Notes: generated from the letters alone by a model not told the origin. A stretch of 63,756 bases of DNA, filler included, from Reclinomonas americana ATCC 50394 (GCA_048213135.1; 4 parts of 3 records of this genome joined end to end with filler, not necessarily neighbours in it), one strand, 5' to 3'; numbered from the whole stretch's first letter, positions 12,756 to 26,093 are shown. Made by a program: numbers and translations.

Positions 12756-15402
12756 ATGCCCGAGCACACCATCACCACCTCGCCCTCCTCCGTCAACGGC
12801 ACACCAACCGCCTCGCCGACCTCGGCCACGCCCGCCGCCGCCGCCGACAAGAAGAACGCGCGCGCACCGCGGTTGACACTGTCGGCACTGACGGCCTTTG
12901 TCACCACTCTCTCGCTGGTGGCCTACATTAGCATCCGCGCATTCGCCTCGCGCTTCCCCGACCTGGCCAACCTGCGATGGGATCAAGCGCCGATCCTGCG
13001 CACGCCCNNNNNNNNNNNNNNNNNNNNNNNNNNNNNNNNNNNNNNNNNNNNNNNNNNNNNNNNNNNNNNNNNNNNNNNNNNNNCCTACTCTCTCTTCTTT
13101 CTTCTCCCTCTTCCTCCGTCTTCCTCTGATCGCCTCTCGCTCGCTCGTTGCGCTTGGTGCGTGAGTTTTTGTAATTGGAAATGCCCACCATGTCCACGTG
13201 TTTTTCGTTCGCCCACTGCTGCAGGTGGTGGCACGCGCGTCGTATGCGTCAGGACCCGTCGCCTACACGTGGCACGCTCAACTTGCGCGCGCTTTTGCCG
13301 GCTTGGAACCTGTTCCTGACGGTGCTGTCGGCGTACATGTTTGTCGGCATGAGCGTTCCGAACACGACGTTTTTGCTGGAGAGTGCCGAGGGAAGCCTGG
13401 CGCGTGGTCTGTACGAGTCGCTGTGTGATCCGCAGGCGCGTCACTGGGAGTACGATGGCATGGCCAACTGGGCGCTGCTGGCGTTTGCGCTCAGCAAGTT
13501 TGCCGAGCTTGGCGATACTGTGTTTCATGGTGTGCGCATAGATTTGCATTATTATGTACTCCATATATTTGCTATTGGTGAGTATTTTGTTTCTCATTGG
13601 TGTGTGTTTTTTGCTGGCGTAGTGGCGCACAAGAAGGAGATCTCGGTGCTGCATGGATGGCATCACACCAGCGTGCTGCTGTTCACGTGGTGAGTGGATT
13701 GGGAGGGAAATGGGGGAAATGGAGAGGGTGAGGGGTAGAGAGCCAAGGAGTGGGGAAGGGGGAGAGGAGTGGCGGGGAAGGGATGAAGAGACAGGGTAGG
13801 GAGAGGGTGAGGGGAAGTGGGAAGATTGCGGGAAGGACCAAGGAGGAGGGTGAGGGTGAAAGGTGGAAAGAAGAGATAGCTACAGGGCAGGAAGGAGGGT
13901 TGACGAGAAGGAGAGACAGGACCAATGAGGTGCAGAGGCTGAGAGGTGAAGATTAGCAGAGACAGAGCCAAGGAGGCAGATAGGGTGAGGGGAAGGGATG
14001 AAGAAAAGCAGAGATAAGGCCAAGGAGGAGGGAAGAGTGAGGGTTGAAGTGAAGCAGAGATAAGGCCAAGAAGGAGGAGAGAGTGAGGGTGAAATCTGAA
14101 GAAACAGGATGCAGGCTTGCGGTTGCGGTGGAAAGAAACAACTCTGAGAGTGATAAGAGATGAGAAAAGGCGAGGGAGGAACTCAGTGGTATCAACTCCA
14201 CCTTTGATAATCGTCACAGACTCCATCTCTTTCGCCGTGACTGACTGCTCTCGCGCAGGTACTCGTGCTACGTGTACTTCTCCCCGGGCTGGCTGTTTGC
14301 CGCCCTGAACAGCTTTGTGCACCTGTTCATGTTGCGTGAGAAAGCAGGTCGTCTCCCTCTCTCCCCGCCCACTCTCACTTGTGCGCGTGTGCAGGTACGG
14401 CTTGTGGTTCTTCATGAGCATCGGCTATACCGCCTCGTTCGCCAAGAAGATCACCACGCTGCAAATCACGCAAATGATCATTGGCCTGCTGTGGACGGCG
14501 GCGTTGCGTACCACCGCCAATAGTTTCCTTCTGTCGCCTTTTTCTCCTTTCCCTATCTTTTCTTTTCCCTCCTCTTCAATCGCCATCTCATTCCCTCTCT
14601 CCTTCGTTAGTGTTGACTTGTTTGTGCAAGTGCGCTGTTGTGTACCGTTCTCTTCTTCTTTTCTCCCTCCTCTCTTCTCCTCTTTTTCTCATCCGTTCTC
14701 TCTCCTCGTGGGTGCTGACTTGTTTCCAAGTGTGCTGTGATGCAACCTTCTCTTCTTTTCTCCCTCGTCTCTTCGTCTCTCTTTTTCTGATCCCTTCTCT
14801 CTTTTCCTCGTGGGTGCTGATTTGTTTCTGCAAGTGGTTGTGATGCAACCTTCTCTTCTTTTCTCCCTCCTCCCTCTCCTCTTCTCTCTTTTTCTCATCC
14901 CTTCTCTCTCCTCGTGGGCGCTGACTTGTTTCTGCAGCATTTCTTCCTTCTTCATCCTCTTTCCCTTCTGTCTTGTCCTCTCTGTCTCATAATTCGCTCT
15001 CCTTCTCGTTGGCGTTGACTTGTTCTGCAAGTGGACTGTGAAGCAACTTATCCATTCTTTTCTCTCCGTTCTCTCTCCTTGCGTTGGTGTTGACTTGAAA
15101 CTTTTCTTCTTTTTCTCTCCCTTCTCTCCTTTTCTCGTCTTTTTCGTTGTTTGCATTGCAGGTGGGCGGTGATGCACCTCATCAACCCAAGCGCGTGCCC
15201 CGTGCACGGACCATCGTGGCCCATCATGGCGGCCTCGGCCATTGTCTACGGGTGAGTGCTCGGTTGTCGCACCACCCTCCCCGCTCGCTCGTGCCCTCAC
15301 TTTTTTTCTTCGGTCGTCGCCCACAGCTCATACCTCATCCTGTTCCTTAACTTTTACCGCCAGCGCTACAACGAGTCCGGCAGCAAGACCAAGGCGGAGT
15401 AA
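12756..15402 (+). CDS. GNS1/SUR4 (ELO) family fatty-acid elongase
   Basis: Motifs WNLFLTVLS, SKFAELGDTVF, the histidine box LHGWHH, NSFVHLFMY, ITTLQITQM and SYLILFLNFY, plus a C-terminal KxKxx ER-retrieval signal (KTKAE*). A small N gap lies at 13008-13083. Confidence 0.93.
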
Positions 15403-15586
15403 CGCGGCGTGTCGCTCGCAGTTTTGGGGGCGAGAGAAACCAGCAACACAACATCGTCTCTCGCTCTTCATCCTTTCGATTTATCTCGCATTGTCCCTTC
15501 TTCCCTCCTCTTCTCAACTAGAAATCGGTCGACACACAAATTCTCCTTTCCTGTTCGCCTCGCACACAATCACACAAGTGTGTCTC

Positions 15587-15696
15587 CTACATAAAATCGT
15601 CGTCGTCGATGCCAGCGGCACCCGCCTCAGCTGCTCCACCAAAGTCCTTGAGGTCGTCGACGGCGTCGGCGGCCAGGTTCGGTCGCTTGACGGCGG
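15587..15696 (-). CDS. Terminal exon, probably translation initiation factor eIF3 subunit J (Hcr1)
   Basis: An acceptor is followed by AVKRPNLAADAVDDLKDFGGAAEAGAAGIDDDDFM*. A C-terminal DDDFM is characteristic of eIF3j/Hcr1. Upstream exons were not found and may lie in the gap 16933-17550. Confidence 0.45.
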
Positions 15697-16105
15697 CTGT
15701 GAAGAGAGGGGAAAGGGGGCAAGGGGGAAGAGAGATGAGGCAAGGGAGGGAGAAGGGAAATGAAGAGAGCGACAGGTGGGAATGCTGAAGGAATAGAGCG
15801 GAAGAGGGGAGAGCGACAGGTGAGAATACAGAAGGAATAAGAGCAACGGTGTGAGGATGAGTAGGCAGTGCAAGGGTTGAGATAGAGACGAAGGGTGCTG
15901 AAGAAGACTGTGTGTGTGATAGAGAGAGAGAGAGACAAAGGGGAAGGGGAAACGAGGACGATGGCTTGTAGTACCCACTGCTACATAACCAGAGACACGT
16001 GCGTGATTCACGAACTACTGTGCAATCGTGGAATAACTGCACGATCGCCTGAGGCTAACTGAGTTGAACCATGTCCTCTGCATTCTCGCTCTCTCGGCAA
16101 GTGAA

Positions 16106-16137
<32 letters not shown>

Positions 16138-16484
16138 GCGAATAAGCAAGGGAAAGGGGAAACGAGAATGATGGCCGTACGCCTGCTTCAAGGACCAGAG
16201 ACACATGGCAATTCACACATTCTGATGCAACTGAGGAGAATGGCGAGTGCTAAGAGACATAAACAATCTCTCTTTCTCTCTTTCTCTCTCTCTCTCCGTA
16301 ACACGAGGTCCGCACACGCTGCTGCACATCCTCATTTTCCATCTCCTCCCCGTCCCTTCCCCCTCCGTCTNNNNNNNNNNNNNNNNNNNNGGGGAAAGGG
16401 AGGGAGAGAGAGCGGAACGAGAAGAAGGAAGTGACGGCGATCGGAGGAAGAAAGGCAGATCAGAAGAGCGGAATGTGCGGAAGG

Positions 16485-16932
16485 AGGGAGAAAGAGAGAG
16501 AGCGAGAGCGAGAGAGAGCAGAGCGAGAGAGAGAGAGAGAGCAGAGCAAGAGAGACAGCAGAGCGAGAGAGAGCAGAGCGAGAGAAAGAGCAGAGCGAGA
16601 GAAAGAGCAGAGCGAGAGAAAGAGCAGAGCAAGAGAGAGAGCAGAGCGAGAGAGAGAGAAAGAGCAGAGCGAGAGAAAGAGCAGAGCAAGAGAGAGAGCA
16701 GAGCGAGAGAGAGAGCAGAGCGAGAGAGAGAGAGAGCAGAGCGAGAGAGAGAGCAGAGCGAGAGCAGAGCAAGAGAGACAGCAGAGCGAGAGAGAGCAGA
16801 GCGAGAGAGAGCAGAGCGAGAGAGAGCAGAGCGAGAGAGAGCAGAGCGAGAGAGAGCAGAGCGAGAGAGAGCAGAGCGAGAGAGAGCAGAGCGAGAGAGA
16901 CAGCAGAGAGCGAGAGAGCACAGGGAGAGAGA
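16485..16932. repeat. Minisatellite of about 15 bp (GAGAGAGCAGAGCGA)n
   Basis: Tandem array read directly from the sequence, running into an N gap. Confidence 0.9.
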
Positions 16933-17639
16933 NNNNNNNNNNNNNNNNNNNNNNNNNNNNNNNNNNNNNNNNNNNNNNNNNNNNNNNNNNNNNNNNNNNN
17001 NNNNNNNNNNNNNNNNNNNNNNNNNNNNNNNNNNNNNNNNNNNNNNNNNNNNNNNNNNNNNNNNNNNNNNNNNNNNNNNNNNNNNNNNNNNNNNNNNNNN
17101 NNNNNNNNNNNNNNNNNNNNNNNNNNNNNNNNNNNNNNNNNNNNNNNNNNNNNNNNNNNNNNNNNNNNNNNNNNNNNNNNNNNNNNNNNNNNNNNNNNNN
17201 NNNNNNNNNNNNNNNNNNNNNNNNNNNNNNNNNNNNNNNNNNNNNNNNNNNNNNNNNNNNNNNNNNNNNNNNNNNNNNNNNNNNNNNNNNNNNNNNNNNN
17301 NNNNNNNNNNNNNNNNNNNNNNNNNNNNNNNNNNNNNNNNNNNNNNNNNNNNNNNNNNNNNNNNNNNNNNNNNNNNNNNNNNNNNNNNNNNNNNNNNNNN
17401 NNNNNNNNNNNNNNNNNNNNNNNNNNNNNNNNNNNNNNNNNNNNNNNNNNNNNNNNNNNNNNNNNNNNNNNNNNNNNNNNNNNNNNNNNNNNNNNNNNNN
17501 NNNNNNNNNNNNNNNNNNNNNNNNNNNNNNNNNNNNNNNNNNNNNNNNNNAGAGAGAGAGAGAGAGAGGGAGAGAGAGCGTGCACAGAATTCGCCTCACC
17601 CCAGCTGTCGGCCATTTTGCGAGAAAAGTGGGGAAAATC

Positions 17640-18150
17640 ACAGGTAATTTCACAGTAACCCTTCACTTTGTGCTCAGCGACGCCTGCAGCAAGCAAACCT
17701 TCACTCTGGAATACGCGCTCGTCTTTGTGCAAAACACGAAGGAATTCACGGGTTACACCGCGCATTCGCGAGATTTCCACGCGGTAACCCTGCAGTTTGA
17801 GCACAGCGACACCTGCACACTCGTACCGCGAACAGCAGAAAGTATAACTCCACACTTCTCGAATACGCGCTCGTTGTTGTGCACAACAGGAAGGAATTCA
17901 CGGGTCACCATCTCAAACGCAGCGCGCAATTGATCGAGGGGCGTATACCCTACAGACTGATAGGACTTTTCAATGAGGACAATGAAACCAGCTCGTAATG
18001 GTCATCTGTGAGGATCCACAAGTCCCCTTGGGGCGTGCTTAGGTGCATTCTGTCCGATAAGACCCGATTACAGGCTGGTTACATGACTCATCACGTGTGT
18101 GTAGGGTAATACTGGAATTTCCCCACGGTAACCCTGCAGTTTGAGCACGA
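17640..18150. repeat. Degenerate direct repeats with internal inverted motifs (GTAACCC / GGGTTAC)
   Basis: The GTAACCCTGCAGTTTGAGCAC-like motif occurs at about 17655, 17784 and 18128. GAATACGCGCTCGT...GAAGGAATTCACGGGT occurs at about 17710 and 17861. Confidence 0.7.
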
Positions 18151-18479
18151 AAAAAACGCGACGCACACAGCGCGCTCTTCCCTTTCTCTCTCCACTCACT
18201 CACTCACTCACTCACTCCATATCGCGACGCACACACATCGCGCGCGCGCCTCCTTTTTTTGATTTTTCTTTTTCTTTTTTATTCTCTCTTTGTTTGAAGA
18301 TGGGCTCGTGCCGATCGGTTCCCTTTGTGCAATCATCGTCGTCGCAAAAGTCGACCATGACAACGTCGCTGACTCCAGTGACAACAACAACAACAACAAC
18401 AATGAGAGGAGGAGTGGTGCATCCGTTTGCGGAGAGTTGCGTGTGTGTGAGAGTGAGAGTGAGTGTGAGTGAGAGAGTG

Positions 18480-18632
18480 GTTGTTCAGTCGACTGTCAAT
18501 CATGACCATTGGTGGTGGTCGAGGGTGAGGGTGACGAGTGGGCAGGCGAGTGTGTGCTTGTGTAGATGTGTGTGACGGGCGAGAGCGTGACGAGCAGGCG
18601 ACTCGGGCGCACTTTCATTGCGAACTCGGTCA

Positions 18633-18673
<41 letters not shown>

Positions 18674-19084
18674 ACGCTCGCTCGCTCACTTTCTCGCTCT
18701 CTCTCTCTCTCTCTCTTTGTCTGTCTGTGACTGTGCTCGTTCATTAGTTGTTGTGATGACTTGGTGGTGGTCGTGTGGCAGCGAGTGAGGGTGGCGGGCG
18801 AGTGAGTGCTTGTGTCGATGTGTAAGGGAGAGAGCTTGACGAGCTGACTCGGTCGCTTACTCACTCTCTCTCTCATTCACTCCTCACACACACTCGCTCA
18901 CTTTCTCGCTCTCTCTCTCTCTCTCTCTCTCTGTGACCGTGCTCGTTCATTAGTTGTTGTGATGACTTGGTGGTCGAGGGTGAGAGTGGCAGGCGTGTGT
19001 GCTTATGTCGATGTGCACGGGAGAGAGCTTGACGAGCTGACTCGGGCACTCTTTCTTTTCGAACTTGTTCATTGTCTCCTCACT

Positions 19085-19134
<50 letters not shown>

Positions 19135-19215
19135 CGTTCACACCATCTCACTCGCTTCGTGTGTATGTGTGTGTGTATATGTGCGCTTGACGATCTTGCG
19201 ACTCGGGCACAAACT
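18480..19215. repeat. Three tandem units of about 210-260 bp containing microsatellites
   Basis: The unit TGGTGGTCG...GTGCTT.TGT.GATGTG...GAGAGC.TGACGAGC...GACTCGG recurs at about 18515, 18765 and 18970. Confidence 0.8.
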
Positions 19216-19645
19216 CAATGTCATTTACTCTCTCTCTCTGCTCTCTATGTCTCCCGGAGAGTGCGATTACTTGGCTCTTTGGTTGTTCTTTTGGTCACTA
19301 TGATTGCTGGAGAACAGCACCTCTTCTGGTGTCCTTCCTTGTGTGTATCCGAGAGAGTTGTGCTTTCCGATCTGCCGAAGAGAGTCAGTGTGCATTCATT
19401 GGTTGCAGTCATCCTCTCTTACCCGCACTTGCCAGTCGCTACTGCTCTCACTCGGCGCGCCTCCCTCCTCTCTCTCTCCCTCTCTCTCCTTCTCTCTCCC
19501 TCACCCACCTTCTCTCTCCCCCTTCGCCCCCTTCTCCCCTTCTCCCCCTTCCCTTCTCCTCCCTTCTCTTTCTCCCCCTTCTCCCCCTTCCCTTCTCCTC
19601 CTTCTCCCTTTTCCTCACCTCCCCTTCTTCCCCCCTCCCCCACAG

Positions 19646-22600
19646 GCCCCTCTCACCGCCCCCGCACCACGCCCTCCCGCCTCCCCGCACACCGCACGCC
19701 CACCGCCTTTGCACCACCACCTCAACTGGAGGACAAGACCTCGGCGGCCTACTACGCCGGCGCCGTGACCACCGACGACGATGGTGAGGAAGGGGAGGAG
19801 GAGGAGGACGACGTGTTTCTGTTCGCCGAGGCCGAAGTCAAGGAGCTGGAGCGGAGGCGAGCGATCGCACAGAATGACGACGACGATGATGTGGATGACG
19901 ACGACGATGATGATGATGATGATGACGACGAAGATGAGGCGATGGCAGAGTTGATTCGTGCCGGCATGTCGCGACGCAGTCACATGAATGCGGCGTTGCG
20001 AAAGGGTGTGCTGGAGGCACCGGTGGCGATGCCGACTGCGGCGCAGGTGGACGTGTTTGCTGGCGAGATGCGCACACCGCCGGCGAATCGTCGAGGACGT
20101 CGAAAGTTCAACGCAGCCTCGCCCGCAGGTGTGGCGACGACGACCACCACCACCACCACGACAACTGTCGCCGCTGCAATGTCGGCTGCAGGTGTGCCCT
20201 CCTCACGCCGGCGGCATCCCTTCAATGTGGGTGCTGGCGGTGCGGCGGCAGGTGCCATTCGTGTGGGTCGTGGCGGCGGCGGCGAGGCATCGTCGTCCGA
20301 TGCCGACGATGAGGAGAGCTCTCGACGGGAGTCGCTGGGCACGATTATCAGCGACAGTGAGGAGGGTGACGGCGGCAGCCGTGGCTCGGTGATTGACGAC
20401 GAGCTGAGTTTGAACATTCCGGCGTCGGCCGAGGGCACCACGACCGACGACGACGTCGAAGAAGAAGACGACGACGATGATGACGAGAGCGACGGATTCG
20501 GCTACGGTGGTGGTGGTGGTGTTGCTGTTGGCGGCGGTGTTGTCAAGGGCAGTGGTCTCCGTGGTCGCCGCGATTATTTCACCCTGGATAGGCGGTTGCG
20601 CGATTTTGTGGGCCGACCGCGTGAGCCGGAAGACGCTGACGGTGGCGTTGGTGGTGGTGGTGGTGGTGGTGGGAACGACGAGGATGCCGTCAGCCACGAA
20701 GACGACAACTCGCAGCTGGAGGAGGAGGACGAGGTGGGCGAGGAGGTGGAGGACGACAAGGACGACAGCCGTGGCGGCAAGCAACCGCGCGGCCCGAAGT
20801 GGCAGCACGACGCGTCGCCGCGTGCGGTCAGCTCGACACGCGCACAGCAGGCACGTAGGACCCGTCGGATGCAGTCACACAGTCGGCGCAACTCTGCCGT
20901 GTTTGCCGATCGATTGCAGCAGGTGGGCGAGTCGATTCATGAGGAGGTGAGTTGGGGAAAAGGGGAGGGGGATAGGGGAAGGAGGAGGGAGACGGAAATG
21001 AGGAAGGAGGGAGAGGAGCCCAAGCATAATGANNNNNNNNNNNNNNNNNNNNAACGACACGACCCCGCCGACTCGTCGCTGCTGGCGGGTGTGGAGCATC
21101 CGGAGGCGTTTGAGCGGTCACCCTCGCAGTCGTCCATGTTCCCGCCTTCGGTGGCCGCCGCCTCCAATTCGCCCGACTCGGAGCGCGCACTGTCTGCGTT
21201 CCGTCGCCAACTCTCCGAGACCTCGTCGCATGGCGGCGCCGCGTGGGTGCTGGAAGAGGCGCTGATTCCGCCCATGAAGTCCACCGACACGGTCAGGGTG
21301 CTCAAGCAGAACGGCTACAAGACGGTGAACGAGTACGTGTTGCTGCACCGACTCGGTCGCGGCGCCTACGGCAAGGTGTCGCTGGCCCTCAACAGTGTGA
21401 CTCGCCAGAAATTCGTTGCGTCTTTTTTCTACACCACCACCGCCCCTCGCTCTTGCCAAGTCTCTTACGTTTGTATGCAGGCCATCAAAGTGTGCTCAAA
21501 GCACCTGCTGCGCACGGCCAAGTTCGGCCACAGCACCGAAGAGGCAATGGATGCGCTGCTGCAAGAGATGACGATTATGAAGAATCTGCAGCATCCGAAT
21601 GTGGTCAAGCTGTTCGAGACAATCAACTCTCCCACGCACGACAAGCTGTTCCTGGGTGAGTGTGTGCGCCCCCGATGTGGAGAGTGTAGTATAATCTCCA
21701 TCGGCTCATCGTACACACAGTGATGGAGTTTGTGGAGCGCGGACCGGTGATGCGACTCAAGCCGTCCCTGGACTCGGACGATCCGCCGATTCACGAGGAC
21801 CTGGCGCGCAAGTACATGATTGATCTGATCGAGGGCGTCTCCTTCCTGCACGAGCACGGCATTGTGCATCGCGACATCAAGCCCGACAATCTGCTCATTT
21901 CGGACCAGAATGTGCTGAAGATCTCCGATTTCGGTGTCAGTGTGTCGTATGGGTTGTCCGATGTGACGAGCGTGCAGGCGGGGACCTCGGCGTTTTTGTC
22001 CCCGGAGGCGTTGCACAGTTGAGTGCGGAAGGGGGAAGGGGGGGCAAGGGGAAGAGATTGAGAAAGGGGGAGGATAGGGGAAGGGAAGGATCTCTCAGAA
22101 GAGTGTGGTGAGAGAGAGAGAGGGAGAGCATTACTCGAATGGAGATCTAGAAATGCTTGATCTGTATTTTTGACGTGCAGAAGCACGGAGGCATGTGTGT
22201 GTGAGAGAGAGATGGGGGAAGGAGAAGATGAGTGTTTGGGTTTGACGACGGGTTAGTTACTCCTTCTCTCAGAAGGAAACAGAGGTATGAGAGAGAATAC
22301 GAAACACAGGAATGGAGAAATCCTGTGCATTCGACTTCTACAGGAGATGAAGAAAATACTTGTTCTATCTTCCATCGCGCAGGTGAGAACAGGAGGCGTA
22401 TACTGAGAGAGAGTGAGAGAGAGGGAAGGAGAGGATGAGCTCGGGATTGACGATTGCAACTTTCTCTCGAAAGAAGACGAAGAATGCTCTGTCTTTCTTT
22501 TTCACATCAAGCAGGAGAGGAAGAACAGAAGCCGTGTATGTTTGTGTGTGAGAGAGAAGGAGAGACGATACTTTCTTTCGTGTGTGTACCTGTGGTTCAT

Positions 22601-24581
22601 GCTTCGTTAAAAGAAAGCGATAGTGGGTAGTGATTGTGCAAGATCTGGGAGGTTCCGTGTAACAAGTTTGACTCTAAGACCTTGGCAGCCTTGTTGATAT
22701 CTATTGCTTCGTATTCCTGTGGCAGCAGACTTTTTGCATACTTTGATTTCGCACCCTCGGGCTTTCTTCTGTCCTGTCCTTCTCAAGTCGTACCATCGTG
22801 TTTCAATGTGTCTTCCCGCTTGGCTGTCCCCTTCGATTCCAGCATTTGCTTTTCTTCCTTCCTATCTTCCCCCCTTCGCTTCCCCTTTTGCTTCCCCCCT
22901 TTGCTTCCCCCTTTCGCTCTCCCCCTTTTGCTCTCCCCCTTCGCTTCCCCCCTTCGCTTCCCCCCTTCGCTTCCCCCCTTCGCTTCCCCCCTTCGCTTNN
23001 NNNNNNNNNNNNNNNNNNNNNNNNNNNNNNNNNNNNNNNNNNNNNNNNNNNNNNNNNNNNNNNNNNNNNNNNNNNNNNNNNNNNNNNNNNNNNNNNNNNN
23101 NNNNNNNNNNNNNNNNNNNNNNNNNNNNNNNNNNNNNNNNNNNNNNNNNNNNNNNNNNNNNNNNNNNNNNNNNNNNNNNNNNNNNNNNNNNNNNNNNNNN
23201 NNNNNNNNNNNNNNNNNNNNNNNNNNNNNNNNNNNNNNNNNNNNNNNNNNNNNNNNNNNNNNNNNNNNNNNNNNNNNNNNNNNNNNNNNNNNNNNNNNNN
23301 NNNNNNNNNNNNNNNNNNNNNNNNNNNNNNNNNNNNNNNNNNNNNNNNNNNNNNNNNNNNNNNNNNNNNNNNNNNNNNNNNNNNNNNNNNNNNNNNNNNN
23401 NNNNNNNNNNNNNNNNNNNNNNNNNNNNNNNNNNNNNNNNNNNNNNNNNNNNNNNNNNNNNNNNNNNNNNNNNNNNNNNNNNNNNNNNNNNNNNNNNNNN
23501 NNNNNCCCCCTTCGCTTCCCCCTTCACTTCCCCCTTCTCTTCCCCCTCCTCTTCCTCCTCCTCTTCCCCCCTTCTCTTCCCCCGTTCGCTTCCCCCTTTG
23601 CCTCCCCCCTTTGCTTCCCCCCCTTTGCTTCCCCTTTCTCCTTCCCCTTTCCCCTTCCCCTTCCCTCGTTCCCCCCTTTCTCCTTTCCTTTGCTAATTTC
23701 CCTTTCCCTTGTGGGCAGGTGGCCAACCCTACTCCACCGTCAAGGCCGATATTTGGGCAATGGGCGTCAGCCTCTTTGTCATGCTGTTCGGGCGGTGCCC
23801 GTTTGTGGGCAAGACGGAGCACCTGACGCATCGCGCCATCAAGCAGTGCCAAGTCAAGTACCCCGTCGGCCTGGTGACCGACATTTGTGTCGATTTCATG
23901 TCGGGCATTCTCACCCCCGATGTCGAGCGTCGCCTGTCGCTAGACGACATGCGGCGGCATCCGTGGATCTCCGGTTATGTGGCCGTGGACTTTGGTTTGG
24001 CGGATCCGCTGCCGGACATGCCGTGGGGACCCGTGGAGGAGTTGGAGTTGGAGCCGAGCACATGGGTGAGTGGTGTGGGAGAAAGGGTGAGGAGTGTTGA
24101 AGTCTTTTTCTCATCAACCTCGTGCAGCAACAAGCGCACGAAAAGCTGCTGGCGCGCATTGAGGCCACGCGCGACTACTACATGGATCGGCGCACCCGTG
24201 CGGCTGCGGATGCCACCGAGGGCGGCAACTTGTCGTCGACATCGGCATCGTCACGCCAGTCTCCTGGCCCGAGCGCACGTGGTGTTCTAGGCCGCGCCGT
24301 GTCGCGCAGTTTGTCGCGCACCCCGCCGCAGCGACGAGCCTCGGCCACCGCTGCCGTGGGACGACCGTCGCCCTACCACCATCAGCACCACCATTATCAG
24401 TACCAGCAGTACCCGCCGCCGCCAATGCTGTTGCAGTACGGCGATGCCGCCACGACGCCGTCCATGTCGCCGCGCTCCACCTCCACCACGCCACCAGCTG
24501 GTGCCCTGCCGTCGTCGGCCATCATGAACCGCCAGCGATCGGACTCGTTGGGTGGACCGGCGCAGGCGCTGCATCACGACG
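19646..24581 (+). CDS. CAMKK-family (CaMKK/GRIK/SAK1-like) Ser/Thr kinase with a long acidic disordered N-terminus; true start upstream, 3' end in the inverted block
   Basis: VNEYVLLHRLGRGAYGKV...KF|AIKV...QHPNVVKLFETINSPTHDKLFL|VMEFVERGPVM...HRDIKPDNLL...KISDFGVS...GTSAFLSPE...ADIWAMGVSLF...HPWI. Confidence 0.92.
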
Positions 24582-25195
24582 NNNNNNNNNNNNNNNNNNN
24601 NNNNNNNNNNNNNNNNNNNNNNNNNNNNNNNNNNNNNNNNNNNNNNNNNNNNNNNNNNNNNNNNNNNNNNNNNNNNNNNNNNNNNNNNNNNNNNNNNNNN
24701 NNNNNNNNNNNNNNNNNNNNNNNNNNNNNNNNNNNNNNNNNNNNNNNNNNNNNNNNNNNNNNNNNNNNNNNNNNNNNNNNNNNNNNNNNNNNNNNNNNNN
24801 NNNNNNNNNNNNNNNNNNNNNNNNNNNNNNNNNNNNNNNNNNNNNNNNNNNNNNNNNNNNNNNNNNNNNNNNNNNNNNNNNNNNNNNNNNNNNNNNNNNN
24901 NNNNNNNNNNNNNNNNNNNNNNNNNNNNNNNNNNNNNNNNNNNNNNNNNNNNNNNNNNNNNNNNNNNNNNNNNNNNNNNNNNNNNNNNNNNNNNNNNNNN
25001 NNNNNNNNNNNNNNNNNNNNNNNNNNNNNNNNNNNNNNNNNNNNNNNNNNNNNNNNNNNNNNNNNNNNNNNNNNNNNNNNNNNNNNNNNNNNNNNNNNNN
25101 NNNNNNNNNNNNNNNNNNNNNNNNNNNNNNNNNNNNNNNNNNNNNNNNNNNNNNNNNNNNNNNNNNNNNNNNNNNNNNNNNNNNNNNNNNNNNNN

Positions 25196-25676
25196 AGTCG
25201 TCCGCCGTGCCCCACCGCCGCGCCGAGCAGTACGCCACAATATGCTCCGGATCGAGGTGCTTCGACACCAATTCAATGTCGGCGTCCCACACGGCACGCA
25301 CCACCACTTGCTCGTAATGCTCCGGTCGCAACTCCGCCGGCACTCGCGTGCCACAAAATCCCACAAACCACTGTTCTTGTTGCTGTTCGTCCTTGGCAGA
25401 CAAGTGTCGCGCTGCGGCCTCGGCGCCTCCAGGAAAGATCACACGTGCAGCATCGCCGGCGATCGCACTCTCCGTGTCGGCGGCATAGGTGGCATCGCCG
25501 TGCAGCACGCGATCGCGCGTGAGTTGCCAGTGCGCCACATCCGTATGTTCGGAGGTGCCGGATTGGAGGAGGGCTGTCGCGCGGACGTAATCGAGAATGG
25601 CTTGCAGGAAGAGCACGTCGTTGGCCACGGCGTCGGGTGCGAGAGGGTACGAAGAGGAAGAGGACGAGACATCCAT
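25196..25676 (-). CDS. N-terminal part of an intronless hypothetical protein of about 236 aa, in a mis-oriented block
   Basis: The ORF MDVSSS...WFVGFCGTR...VWDADIELV...IVAYCSARRWGTADD ends in a T at the gap edge, which completes TGG with bases 26239-26240. Confidence 0.8.
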
Positions 25677-25749
25677 GGCGCGCGCTTGCGTGAGTTGTTG
25701 GAGAGAGGACGAGGACAACTATTGCAAGCTTCAATAAAGAGTAAAACTG

Positions 25750-26093
25750 TCACAGCAGCAACGAGCCCATTGACTCGCTGCCGCTGGTCTGGAAAAGAGA
25801 GGGTGGTGGTGGGGGGAGACCGCGTCGAGAGGACGGGAAACCGCGTCCGCTCTTGCTGGAACGTCGCGAAGTGCTGCTGCCGCTGCTCGAGCCCGACGGA
25901 CTCGGTGCGTCGCCCACCGAGGATGGTGCGGCCGGTGGTGGGGCCATGGCGAGAGGCAGAGGCGGAGGCATGAGAATGGCGTCGGCAGCATTGGTGTTGG
26001 CCGATGGCAGACTGCCGAGGGAGGTGTTGTTGCTGAGAATGGCGGTGCAGCTGCGATAGCGGGTCGGGTGCGGAGGATGCATGGCGGCGAGGG
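25750..26093 (-). CDS. Pro/Ser-rich C-terminal tail of the CAMKK kinase, in a mis-oriented block
   Basis: Joining 24581 to the reverse complement from 26093 gives GAC G|CC CTC GCC GCC ATG CAT (HHDALAAMHPPH...), which stays open to the stop at 25750. Confidence 0.8.

Noticed and set aside
12397-12760. Possible splice fusion of the LLTP-like gene to the ELO elongase (an in-frame path exists via 12584-12623)
   Set aside because: Paralog 2 has a stop at the same codon as paralog 1 (DCAEV* vs DCAEQ*), and ELO has its own ATG at 12756.
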